Below are positions 9,562 to 18,849 of a stretch of 64,000 nt of DNA, piece after piece; positions within the stretch are counted from its first letter, which is position 1, and the number at the start of each line of letters is the position of its first letter. Source of the DNA: Bryobacterales bacterium (GTDB lineage Bacteria > Acidobacteriota > Terriglobia > Bryobacterales > UBA6623); contig CBDFIW010000001.1 in assembly GCA_965248255.1 (NCBI GenBank), positions 1,492 through 65,491 on the forward strand, in the 5' to 3' direction. The notes beneath the pieces were generated by a model, which did not search any database, had not been told where the DNA came from, and saw only the letters and a program-made list of their open reading frames with translations. A program made the translations under genes and the position numbers.

Positions 9562-10490
9562 GGCTGGAGAATCCCCTCACTCGCGGTGGCGAACTTTGAC
9601 GCAAGCGGAACAGCCGCCAGCGCCGCAACCGAGCGCCTGACGGAATCGCAGTAACCAAAACGTTGCCGCTGCTGCGTGATGCATTCGCACCGGCCCTTCA
9701 AGAAGCCACGGACGAGGCAATGGAAGTGTTTCAACATAAGTCTGCACTCTAGAAAACGGTGTTGAAGTTCGTGGCGGACACAGGAGTCGGCACGACGGTG
9801 CCGACGAGCTGTGCCATAGGTACTAACGACTCCGATGATCAGACGATGCCGGAGCCGGCACTCGGTGAGCGCTCGCTAAGGAAAAGCTAGATCAAGGAAT
9901 AGCGACCGACGAGGGGCGGGCCCCGAGGCGGATTGGGACGGGAACCAGTGAATCGATTAGCAGTTGCGAAAGAAGCTATGCCACCGCCCACCACGATACC
10001 TGAACAGGTAGGCTGGAGCGGACAGGACAGGAAACCCACCGTCCTTGGGTCGGATGTCGGAACGTTGAGACAGTTCCCACCGACCGTAACCCAAAGTGGC
10101 TCAATCGCTGCGCGGGCATGACCAGTGTAGGGAATACTTCGGGTCACTCGAGAGCGCGGGCCGTTAGGGCGCAGACGGCGGGCGGGCGTGACTGCACTGA
10201 CGGCGAGCGATGCCCAAAGCGCCGGCAGCAGTACCGTGACTGCGACGCTGCACCGTGCGAGCTGTCTGAGGTGTAAAGCCATTCCGTCCAAGAACGGTTG
10301 TGGGTCGCTCAATGCGCCGGCGACATCAACTGCGATTGTAGCATGGCGGAGCGGGCCGATCGTCTTTGTCCGCAGCCCCTCTCAGCGTCAGCGCGATGAG
10401 CGCAACCCGCACTCCAGTGAATGCGCTCGTGTCCCGCCTCAGCTGGAAATGGAGAGCAGCGTTCCGCCGTTAAGCTAACGGAGGGGACGC

Positions 10491-10799
10491 ATGAGAAAAG
10501 CACGCAAGCACTACAGCGCCGAAGAGAAGGTCGCCATCCTCAAACGGCATCTGCTCGACAAGGAGCCCGTCTCACAACTCTGCGACGAGCTGGCGTTGCA
10601 GCCGACGGTGTTCTACCGCTGGCAGAAGGAGTTCTTTGAGAACGGAGCCGCCGCCTTCCAGACCAAGAACCGTCCGAGCCGCCAGCCCGACCAGGAACGC
10701 ATCGAGCGGCTGGAGAAGAAGATCCAGACCAAGGATGAAGTTCTGGCCGAGTTGATGGCCGAGCACGTGGCGCTAAAAAAAAGTCTTGGGGAACTCTGA
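10491..10799 (+). CDS. IS3-family transposase OrfA (HTH)
   Basis: MRKARKHYSAEEKVAILKRHLLDKEPVSQLCDELALQPTVFYRWQKEF is a typical Transposase_8/IS3 OrfA. It has a coiled-coil tail ending at the slippery site. Confidence 0.9.
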   Translation: MRKARKHYSAEEKVAILKRHLLDKEPVSQLCDELALQPTVFYRWQKEFFENGAAAFQTKNRPSRQPDQERIERLEKKIQTKDEVLAELMAEHVALKKSLGEL

Positions 10800-11756
10800 C
10801 CGGGGTCTGGACGCCGCACGACGTACGGGACCAGATCGTCGATTTCGTGCGGCGCTGGTCGGAGAAGACCGAGATCGGCGTCGGACGCTTCATCGCCTGG
10901 CTCTCCATCGCGCCCAGCAAGTTCTACTCCTGGCGCTGGCGCTACGGCTCGATCAACGAACACAACGGTTGAGTTCCCCGAGATTTCTGGCTCGAAGAAC
11001 GGGAGAAACAGGCCATCGTCGATTTCTATCGTAAGCATCCGCTGGAAGGCTACCGGCGGCTGACGTTCATGATGCTCGACGCCGATGTCGTCGCAGTCAG
11101 CCCGTCGAGCGTCTGGCGGGTGTTGAGTCGAGCGGGTCTGCTGCGCAAGTGGAACGGCAAAACATCACTGAAAGGGACGGGCTTCCAACAGCCGTTGGAG
11201 GCGCATCAACATTGGCATATCGACGTCTCCTACATCAACATCTCGGGCACGTTCTACTACCGGTGCAGCGTGCTGGACGGCTACAGCCGTGCCATCGTGC
11301 ACTGGGACTTGCGCGAGACGATGAGGGAAGCCGACATCGAGATCATTCTCGAGGCCGCCAAGGAGAAATATCCGCAGGCCCGACCGCGGCTCATCTCCGA
11401 CAACGGGCCGCAGTTCATAGCCAAAGGACTTCAAGCAGTTCATCCGCATCTCGGGGATGACGCACGTGAGAACGTCGCCCTACTACCCACAATCGAACGG
11501 CAAGCTGGAGCGTTGGCACAAGTCGTTGAAGAACGAATGCATCCGCCCGGGCGTGCCGCTGACGGCCGAGGAGGCGCGGCGGCTGATCCAGCGCTATGTC
11601 GAGCACTACAACACGGTGCGGCTGCACAGCGCGATCGGGTTTGTGACGCCGGCGGACCTGCTGGCGGGGCGAAGGGACGAGATCCACGCCGCGCGCGACC
11701 GCAAGCTGGAGCAGGCTCGACAGCAACGTCAGCGGCGGCGTCGGCAGGCGGCTTGA
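10781..11756 (+). pseudogene. IS3-family transposase OrfB (DDE/rve), inactivated
   Basis: The -1 frame after A AAA AAA reads KSWGTLTGVWTPHD... It has an in-frame TGA at 10970-10972 (...INEHNG*VPRDFWL, where a Trp is expected). An extra G near 11426 breaks QFIAK|DFKQFIRISGMTHVRTSPYYPQSNGKLERWH. Confidence 0.85.
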
Positions 11757-12210
11757 CGGGGGGAGTTACAATGGCGTTGCCGGGTGAAACGGAAGCGGGC
11801 ACTGCTGGGAAGCAACCGTGCCGAGGGATAGTCCGGCGGGCTCATCGAGACGATGAGGGCGGGCGCGGAAGCCACCTTTCGTGCCCGTCCCCCGAGTTCA
11901 TCGGATCGAAAGACCCGGATGCCTTGAAAATCCCCACCCGCAGGGCGGCATCTCCACTACCGCGGAACGCCCACTCTCCCGTTCCGGCTGAACCAGCACA
12001 CCAGGATAATGGAAACCGCCATGATGAAGATCGACGACCAAGTCTATTGACGCGGAGGATCGCGCACTCTCGGTTGTAGAAACTGACTACTAGGCTGCTA
12101 TTCTCCCGCATTTCCAATTTGATTCAAACCTCTCGACCTTCCGGCGGCCTTGAGCGTCTTTATTCATAGGGGCTAGAGCCCGATGAGGACGCCATGGAGG
12201 CCAACACCCA

Positions 12211-13542
12211 ATGGGTGAAAAACAAAACAAGCCGTTCCAGCTAAGCTTCAACGGTTTGTTGAAAGTCGATTTCCAAGGATCGCGTGTCACTTCCGACGGC
12301 GGGCTGATCCTGGTTCGGGAGTTGGACGAACGGCTCGGGCTCGGGAAGCTGATCGAGGAGCATCTCAGCGACTCGCGACAAGGCTTGAACAAGAAGTTCC
12401 CGCTGGCCGATCTGCTGCGGCAGTCGGTTTACAGCCGACTCGCCGGCTACGAGGACCTCAATGACGCCGTTCGAGTATCCGCCGATCCGACCTTTCGCTT
12501 GATCGGCTCGCAGAAGAACTGGGATCGCGGCGGGGCGCTCACCTCGCGGCTACAGAGCTTCGAGACAGGGCTGCTCGCGAGTGAGGAGAATCTGCTGGGA
12601 TTGATGGCGGTGAACCGCGAGTTGGTCGCGCAAGCCGAGACGACGGACGACTGCGAGCGCGTCGTTCTCGACATGGACTCCACCGAGAGCCCCGTCCATG
12701 GCCAACAAGAAGGCAGCGCCTATAACGGCCATTTCGAGTCCATCTGCTACCACCCACTGTTGCTGTTCAACCAGCACGGCGATTGTCTGGCCGCCAAGCT
12801 GCGTCCCGGCAATGTGCACAGCGCTGACGACTGGGACGAGTTGCTGCTGCCGGAGATCGAGCGCCAACAGGCTGCGGGCAAACAGGTCACCTTCCGCGGC
12901 GATGCGGCCTTTGCTAAGCCGGAGATTTATGAGTCTTCGGAGAAACGCGGAGTGCAGTACGCCATTCGCATTCCGGCCAACAAGAGCCTGGAATTGGAGA
13001 TCGAAGACATCTTGTTTCGCCCGCCGGGAAGGCCCTCCCGGAAGCCCTTGGTGCGCTACAAGAGTTTTCGCTATCAGGCGGAGAGTTGGTCGCAGGCGAG
13101 GCGGATCGTCGCCCAGGTCGAACATCACCAGGGCGAGCTGTTCCCGCGGGTCGGATTCATCGTGACGAGCCTGCGCTTGCCAAGCCGCTCGGTGGTGCGC
13201 TTCTACAACAAGCGCGGCACGGCCGAGCAGTGGATCAAGGAAGGCAAACAGGCCACGCACTGGACGCGGCTGTCGTGCCATCGCTTCCGGGCCAACGAAG
13301 TGCGACTGCAACTCAGCGTGCTGGCCTATAACCTGGGCAACTTGTGGCGGCGGCTGGGGCTGCCGCACAGGATCAAGAGCTGGTCGCTGACGAGCTTGCA
13401 GCAGCGGCTAATGAAGACCGGCGGCCGTCTGGTCAAACATGCCCGCTACTACTGGTTGCTGTTGGCCCAGGGACATCTGAACCGGCGGCTGTTCGGTGAC
13501 ATGCTGAGCAGGATCTGGGCGCTGCCTGTGCCCGGAGGGTAA
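12211..13542 (+). CDS. IS1380-family transposase
   Basis: 443 aa. VTSDGGLILVRELDERLGL...LLRQSVYSRLAGYEDLNDA...STESPVHGQQEGSAYNGHF...FRGDAAFA is typical of the IS1380 family. I could not define the element ends. Confidence 0.88.
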   Translation: MGEKQNKPFQLSFNGLLKVDFQGSRVTSDGGLILVRELDERLGLGKLIEEHLSDSRQGLNKKFPLADLLRQSVYSRLAGYEDLNDAVRVSADPTFRLIGSQKNWDRGGALTSRLQSFETGLLASEENLLGLMAVNRELVAQAETTDDCERVVLDMDSTESPVHGQQEGSAYNGHFESICYHPLLLFNQHGDCLAAKLRPGNVHSADDWDELLLPEIERQQAAGKQVTFRGDAAFAKPEIYESSEKRGVQYAIRIPANKSLELEIEDILFRPPGRPSRKPLVRYKSFRYQAESWSQARRIVAQVEHHQGELFPRVGFIVTSLRLPSRSVVRFYNKRGTAEQWIKEGKQATHWTRLSCHRFRANEVRLQLSVLAYNLGNLWRRLGLPHRIKSWSLTSLQQRLMKTGGRLVKHARYYWLLLAQGHLNRRLFGDMLSRIWALPVPGG

Positions 13543-13746
13543 CGCGGCGAGCGCGGGGCAGCCGGAGCGGGGAGTTGCCGAGAGGCAAGGTCGGAGCGGT
13601 GTCGGCAGAGTGGCCGCTGGCGTTGCCGGAACGCCTTGACCGGACCCGATCTGAAGGCGGACCGGCGAAGAAAGCAGGATCGAACGTGAAAGCAGTGCGA
13701 AAACGTTGCACCGCAGCCGTGGCTCGCCTATGCTGTCAGTACCGGG

Positions 13747-14238
13747 ATGGCCAAAACGGTAATCCTGGTCTGGAAGGGCTTCGAGCATAACTTACTGGTC
13801 GAGGGCAGCTCGAACATCGTCATCGGTCCGAATGTGTTCGACCGTAACCCCGACTACCGTCCCCACGATAGCCGTAATAGCTTGCTGTTTGTCGATTCCG
13901 AGGATTGCACCTTGAACGGGCTGCATATCAACCACGTGAAAGGGGCCGAAGCAGCGCTGACGCTGCGGCGTTGCCGGCGCTTCAATCTGACGAACTCGAT
14001 GGTCCTGAATTTCGAGACGGTCGGGCTACTGCTTGACGACGTCCATGACGTGCGCGTGTCGGACAGCGTGATCCGTGACGATCGCCCTGAGTCGAAGGAC
14101 CCGATCGCGATAAGGCTGACTGGTGGGCGCGGCAATACGATCGTTGATAACCTACTAGCCGGGACGATCGAGGTAGCGGCTGGCTCCGCGCACTTAGAGG
14201 GTAATCTAGTTACGGCGGGGGCGAATCGGACCCGGTGA
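13747..14238 (+). pseudogene. C-terminal fragment of a right-handed parallel beta-helix repeat protein
   Basis: Repetitive N.x(V/I).x.N pattern (NIVIGPNVFDRN, CTLNGLHINH, FNLTNSMVLN, NTIVDNLL). The reading frame stays open upstream into IS1380-flanking sequence with no plausible N-terminus, so it is truncated by the IS pile-up. Confidence 0.6.
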
Positions 14239-14255
14239 TCAGAGGGCGGTTGAGT

Positions 14256-14355
14256 GGGTTTCTCGCAAAGGCGCAAAGAGCCGCTAAGAACGCAAAGAAT
14301 ATCCTTTGATCCTTCTTGGTGGCTTTGCGGTCCTTTGCGCCTTGGCGAGAAACCC
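14256..14355. repeat. ~100-nt imperfect palindrome between convergent genes
   Basis: GGGTTTCTCGCAAAGGCGCAAAG (14256-14278) pairs with CTTTGCGCCTTGGCGAGAAACCC (14333-14355). The inner part also contains GCAAAG/CTTTGC units. It abuts the stop of the oxidoreductase gene. Confidence 0.6.
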
Positions 14356-15690
14356 TCACCCCAATTTCCAAGGCTTGCGGTACTCGTAATGCAGATAGCC
14401 ATTGGCCTGTTCGCTATTGGTGAAGCGCTCATTCATGCGGTCCCAAACCAGGTGTTGTCGGGTTCTGTAGGCGATGTTCGCGACGTTGGCGGTCGTGGTT
14501 GACCGGTGGGCGGTTTCGACGTCGCAGTTCGGTTTCTCGCGGCTCTTGATGCAGTCGAGGAAATTGCGGATGTGGAAGCGGGTGTCGGCGCGGTCTTCGA
14601 CTCGCTTGGCTTCCATCTGGGGCTCGAACGAAGAGCGGTACCTGTTGCGGCGCTCGCGACCCTGCGGCAGCGGGTCGCCGCCGGGGGAGGCACCGGCGGC
14701 GTTCTTCTCGGGTATGACCTCGTAGCCGTCGCCGTGGACGTAGACGGTCCCTTTCGTCCCGCGCCATTCCGCCAGAAAGGGCTTGCTCGCGCTGACGGGT
14801 GCGGCGTTGCAGCCGAAGTCCGAAAACGTCACCAGCGTCGCGCCGGGGAACTGCCACAACGCTTCCATCGTGTCGACGGTTTGGCGATTGTCTTGGATGG
14901 CGTACTTGCCGCCGATGGCCGTGACCGAAAGCGGCGCGTCCTGGCCGAGGCCCCATTGGATCAGGTCGAGAAAGTGGACGCCGTTGTCGGTTAGTTGTCC
15001 GCCCGAGTAGTCGTAGAACCAGCGGAACTTGTAGCTGAAACGGTTCTCGTTGTATTTGGCGGCGGGCGCGGGGCCTAGGTAGAGGTCCCAGTCGATGTCG
15101 GCCGGCGGGTCGGCATCGCGCGGGCTGCCGATGCCGTGTGGGTACTCGTTGGCAACGCGGGCGCAGCGCGCGACGGTGATGTGTCCGATGCCGCCCGAGC
15201 GGACGAAGTCGGCGGCTTCCTTGCAATACGGCGCCGAGCGGCGCTGTATGCCGACTTGGACGACCCGGCCGCGCGCCTTGGCGGTCTCGATCATGCGGCG
15301 CCCTTCATGGATGGTGAGCGAGAGGGGCTTCTCCACGTAGACGTCTTTGCCGGCATTGCACGCGTCGATCATCATCAGGGCGTGCCAGTGGTCAGGGGAG
15401 GCGACGACGACGGCGTCGATGTCGGGTTTTGAGATGAGGTGGCGGTAGTCCTTGTAGAGGGTCGGGCTGGTGCCCGCGACTTCGGCGGCGTTGTCCATAT
15501 AGTCGGAACGGATGTCACAGACAGCGACAATCTGCTGGTCGGCGTATTCCTTTGTGGCACGCACCAGCGACGTACCGCGGTTGCCGACGCCGATGAAACC
15601 GAGGCGGACACGGTCGTTGGCGCCGAGGATGCGTTGATAGGAAAGGGCCGCGAGCGTAGCGGCTTGTGTGAACTTGCGGCGGGTCGTCAT
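14356..15690 (-). CDS. Gfo/Idh/MocA family oxidoreductase with twin-arginine signal
   Basis: MTTRRKFTQAATLAALS is a Tat-like leader. The Rossmann motif is LGFIGVGNRG, and EKP is in VYVEKPLS. The track start at 15768 lies inside the IS630 terminal repeat, so the ATG at 15690 is preferred. Confidence 0.88.
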   Translation of the reverse strand: MTTRRKFTQAATLAALSYQRILGANDRVRLGFIGVGNRGTSLVRATKEYADQQIVAVCDIRSDYMDNAAEVAGTSPTLYKDYRHLISKPDIDAVVVASPDHWHALMMIDACNAGKDVYVEKPLSLTIHEGRRMIETAKARGRVVQVGIQRRSAPYCKEAADFVRSGGIGHITVARCARVANEYPHGIGSPRDADPPADIDWDLYLGPAPAAKYNENRFSYKFRWFYDYSGGQLTDNGVHFLDLIQWGLGQDAPLSVTAIGGKYAIQDNRQTVDTMEALWQFPGATLVTFSDFGCNAAPVSASKPFLAEWRGTKGTVYVHGDGYEVIPEKNAAGASPGGDPLPQGRERRNRYRSSFEPQMEAKRVEDRADTRFHIRNFLDCIKSREKPNCDVETAHRSTTTANVANIAYRTRQHLVWDRMNERFTNSEQANGYLHYEYRKPWKLG

Positions 15691-15777
15691 CGTGGGGATT
15701 GTAGATTCTACCTTAGCGTGTGCGCCCGATTTTAGTCGACGATAGTTTGTGTCTATTGAGTCCCGCATAATACCACG

Positions 15778-16275
15778 TCAGTCGAAACAAAGAGAAGACT
15801 GTTTCCAGAAAGCCGTGATCAAGCGCGGTTTGCGTCTCATGCGGCGTAGCGCTTTGCGGGCCCGCTCGTTCAACTCCCCGTAGTCCTTCGGGCAGACGTT
15901 GGGCAGCTCGTGCTGCTTCCAGTAGGACCAGAACCAGATGTACTCCACCGGGTTCAGCTCCGGCGCATAGGGTGGCAGGTACTCGGTTTCGATGTGGCCC
16001 ACGGAGAGCTCGATGAACTCCCGCACCAGGCGGCTGCGATGGGCCGGCAGTCGATCCCAGATGATCAGCAGCGGCCGGTCGATGTGGCGTACCAGCGCTT
16101 TGAGAAAGTCGATCACCTCCTGCTCGCCGATCGCGCCGGGATAGAGTCGGAAGTAGAAGTTGCGCAGCGTCAGCCCCGCCGACACCGAAAGCTTCTCCCA
16201 GTTGAAGTTGAACTGCAGCACGGGTGTTTGGCCGCGCGGCGCCCAGGTACGGCAACGATGCGGCTTCTCGCTCAA
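15778..16275 (-). pseudogene. IS630-family transposase, C-terminal DDE half of copy A
   Basis: 165 aa, highly similar by eye to the copy B ORF2 (PHRCRTWAPRGQTPVLQ...PPYAPELNPVEYIW). It is separated from its N-terminal half by the IS1595 insertion. Confidence 0.9.
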
Positions 16276-16342
16276 TCCACTTTCGTCGATGAAGACGAGC
16301 GTGCGGCCTTCGGTTTGGGCTTTTTTTTAGGGGCTGTCCTAG

Positions 16343-17005
16343 CTAAGGGTGATTCTGTCTCAATTTGATCCATGTCTTCAATTGGTTAAGCAGTGTCCGG
16401 TGGTTACCGCCATTGAAGCGCCATTCGCACTCCTTCAGGAAGAGGTGAAAACTCTGTTTGGGCACCCCGTTGAAGCGCCGAAGATGCCGCTTTGCCTGGT
16501 TCCAGAAGTTCTCGATCCCATTGATGTGGTTCCGTTCGTCGACGAACCGTTCCGAGTGGTTGATCCGAACATGGTGGAAGTCCGACACATCCAGAGCATC
16601 GTAGCTCGAAAAGCCATCCGTGTAGACGATGCTGTCGGGCTGGATCAGGCGCTCCATGATCGGCATCAACGTGTCCGTACGGGCATTGGGGATCATCACC
16701 GTGTAGACCCTTCCTCCACCCTTCAAAAGCCCGAAAACCGGGACTTTCCCGCCAGCACCACGACCGCGTTTGCCCCTGCGGCGACCACCGAAGTAACTCT
16801 CGTCCACTTCGATTTCGCCGCAAACCGAAGAGGCTTTCTGGGTCTCCTCGGCAATCACCGTGCGAATCCGTGTATAGAACGAAGCGGCCGTGTTCCGATG
16901 AACCCCGACAAGCTCAGCCGCCGCCCGTGCCGTCGTCTCGGCAACGAAGTGCTCCACCAACCGATCCCGCTTCGCCTTGCTCAGCCGACTACGCCGTTCG
17001 TACAT
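16343..17005 (-). CDS. IS1595-family transposase (ISXO2-like DDE)
   Basis: 220 aa. EVDESYFGG...VPVFGLL...IVYTDGFSSYDAL...INHSERFVD...HINGIENFWNQAKRHLRRFNG is typical of short IS1595/IS1016-group transposases. Confidence 0.88.
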   Translation of the reverse strand: MYERRSRLSKAKRDRLVEHFVAETTARAAAELVGVHRNTAASFYTRIRTVIAEETQKASSVCGEIEVDESYFGGRRRGKRGRGAGGKVPVFGLLKGGGRVYTVMIPNARTDTLMPIMERLIQPDSIVYTDGFSSYDALDVSDFHHVRINHSERFVDERNHINGIENFWNQAKRHLRRFNGVPKQSFHLFLKECEWRFNGGNHRTLLNQLKTWIKLRQNHP

Positions 17006-17023
17006 ATCGCCATCCTATCCCTA

Positions 17024-18117
17024 TTGAATCCCGCAAATTATTATGACACTTTTTGACAGTGTGGAGCATCTATATATGTATGGGCAACCCCAAAGGTGTG
17101 AAGCGGGATTTCAAGGCGCTGGAGAAGCGCCGTTTCGAAGCGATGCGGCTGCTCCACCAAGGCCACAATCAGTCCGAGACGGCGAGACGGCTGAACGTCG
17201 CTCGCCAAACCGTCAGTGAGTGGCGGCGGCAATACCGCGAGCAGGGTGCGGCCGGACTCCGCCAGGCCGGGCGCGCCGGACGCAAGCCGCTCCTCGATGC
17301 CGCACAACGCGAACGCCTGACGTCGCTGCTGCTGGAAGGCCCGGAAGCCCACGGCTTCCCAACGCCCCTGTGGAGCTGTCCGCGGGTGGCTCGGCTGACC
17401 GGAGACGAGTTCGGGGTCGCATACCACGCAGGCCACGCCTGGAAGATCCTGCGAGCGCTCGACTGGAGCCCGCAACGCCCGGCCGGAAAGGCGCGCGAGC
17501 GCAACGAAGAGCGGATCCGCACCTGGAAGCGCAAGACCTGGAAGCGCATTAAAAAAAAGCCCAAAACGAAGGCCGTACGCTCGTCTTCATCGACGAAAGC
17601 GGATTGAGTCAGAAGCCGCATCGCTGCCGCACCTGGGCGCCACGTGGCCAAACACCGGTGCTGCAGTTTAACTTCAACTGGGAGAAGCTTTCCGTCTCGG
17701 CGGGGCTGACGCTGCGTAACTTCTACTTCCGGCTCTATCCCGGTGCGATCGGCAAAGAGCAAGTGACCGACTTTCTCAAGGCGTTGGTACGTCATATCGA
17801 TCGCCCGCTGCTGATCGTCTGGGATCGGCTGCCGGCGCACCGTAGCCGCCTGGTGCAAGAGTTCATCGAACTCTCCGAAGGCCACATCGCAACCGAGTAC
17901 TTGCCACCCTATGCGCCGGAGTTGAATCCGGTGGAATACATCTGGGCTTACTGGAAGCAGCACGAGTTGCCGAACGTCTGTCCGAAAGACTACGGCGAGC
18001 TGAACGAGCGGGCCCGCAAGGCACTCCGCCGCATGTACCGCAAACCGCGTTTGATCACGGCCTTCTGGAAACAGTCTTCTCTTTGTTTTGACTGACTCTA
18101 TATTATGCGGGAGTCAA
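17024..18117 (+). mobile_element. IS630-family copy B (complete), nested inside the IS1595 element
   Basis: Imperfect terminal repeats are TTGAATCCCGCAAATTA... and ...TATGCGGGAGTCAA. It is flanked by TA at 17022-17023 and 18118-18119, the characteristic IS630 target duplication. Confidence 0.88.
17053..18095 (+). CDS. IS630-family transposase (two ORFs, probable -1 frameshift)
   Basis: ORF1 is 17053-17607 (HTH) and ORF2 is 17604-18095 (DDE). Slipping -1 on A8G at 17551-17559 gives ...WKRIKKKAQNEGRTLVFIDESGLSQKPHRC. That restores the conserved first catalytic-Asp region. Confidence 0.85.
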
Positions 18118-18849
18118 TAAGCAATCTGCTTAGCTAGGACAGCCCCTTTTTTTAATCCGCCGCCAGGTCTTGTGCTTCCAGGTGCGGATCGCCTCTTCGT
18201 TGCGCTCCCGCGCTTGGCCGACAGGACGTTGCGGGCTCCAGTTCAGCGCCTGCAGGATCTTCCAGACGTGGCCTTCGTGATAGTTGACGCCGAACTCGTC
18301 TCCGATCACACGAGCCACCCGCGGGCAGGTCCACAGCGGCGTCGGGAAGCCGTGGGCTTCGGGGCCTTCGAGCAACAGCGACGCCAGCCGTTCCAACTGC
18401 GCGGCATCTAACAGAGGCTTGCGTCCGGCGCGCCCGGCGCGGCGCAACCCGGCCGGACCCTGCTGGCGGTATTGCCGCCGCCACTCACTGACCGTTTGTC
18501 GAGCGACCTTCAGACATCTGGCCGTCTCGGACTGATTGTGGCCTTGGTCGAGCAGCCGCATCGCTTCGAAACGGCGCTTCTCTAGCCCGGTTCTCTCACC
18601 AGATCGGCAGGAGGGCGGGGTTGGGCTGGTTTTTTCGGACGGGCGGGCGCACAGCGGATGAATGAACGCGCCGAGGCGGCTGGTGAAGCTTCCCAAGGAG
18701 CCCCGCGGCCCCTTTCGAAGTGCCGTTTTTGACTTTCTCTCGATTCTTCAGACACTTCCGCCTTGAGCGTCAAAACGGCGCCTTTTCGGAAGTTCGTTTG
18801 TTCTCAACCAGCTACTGGTAGCGGTGACCGCAACGCTCGCCAGACCGCC

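Larger units (their letters stand above)
10430..12000 (+). mobile_element. IS3-family insertion sequence, degenerate
   Basis: orfA/orfB architecture with an A8G slippery run at 10775-10783. Imperfect terminal inverted repeats were found by eye: left TGTCCCGCCTCAGCTGGAAATGGAGAG..., right ...CTCTCCCGTTCCGGCTGAACCAGCACA. The ends are approximate. Confidence 0.6.
16330..18146 (-). mobile_element. IS1595-family element inserted in IS630 copy A and itself carrying IS630 copy B
   Basis: Terminal inverted repeats are GGGGCTGTCCTAGCTAAG (16330-) and CTTAGCTAGGACAGCCCC (-18146). They are flanked by the 8-bp direct repeat TTTTTTTA (16322-16329 and 18147-18154). Removing the element restores the IS630 sequence GGGCTTTTTTTTAAT seen in copy B. 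Confidence 0.85.
15756..18585 (-). mobile_element. IS630-family copy A, split by a nested insertion and 5'-truncated
   Basis: The 3' part is 15756-16329: terminal repeat TTGAGTCCCGCATAATA preceded by TA, with a DDE-half ORF at 15778-16275. The 5' part is 18147-18585, the HTH half. Homology to copy B stops at 18585, so about 70 nt including the left end is missing. Confidence 0.85.

Noticed and set aside
9887-10312. 141-aa minus-strand ORF in the ORF-poor region
   Set aside because: It has no RBS, no motif and a low-complexity sequence. It is not supportable as a gene.
10253-10429. A third group II intron starting at GTGCGAGCTG
   Set aside because: Only a loose resemblance of the first ~26 nt. 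No RT ORF, no domain V/VI in the right orientation, and the stretch is interrupted by the IS3. The evidence is insufficient.
12550-13368. 272-aa minus-strand ORF
   Set aside because: It is antisense to the well-supported IS1380 transposase and has no motif.
18586-18849. Possible continuation of ggt or of IS630 between IS630 fragment A and the lysozyme gene
   Set aside because: Translation in all minus-strand frames gives no GGT-like or transposase-like sequence. It is left unannotated.
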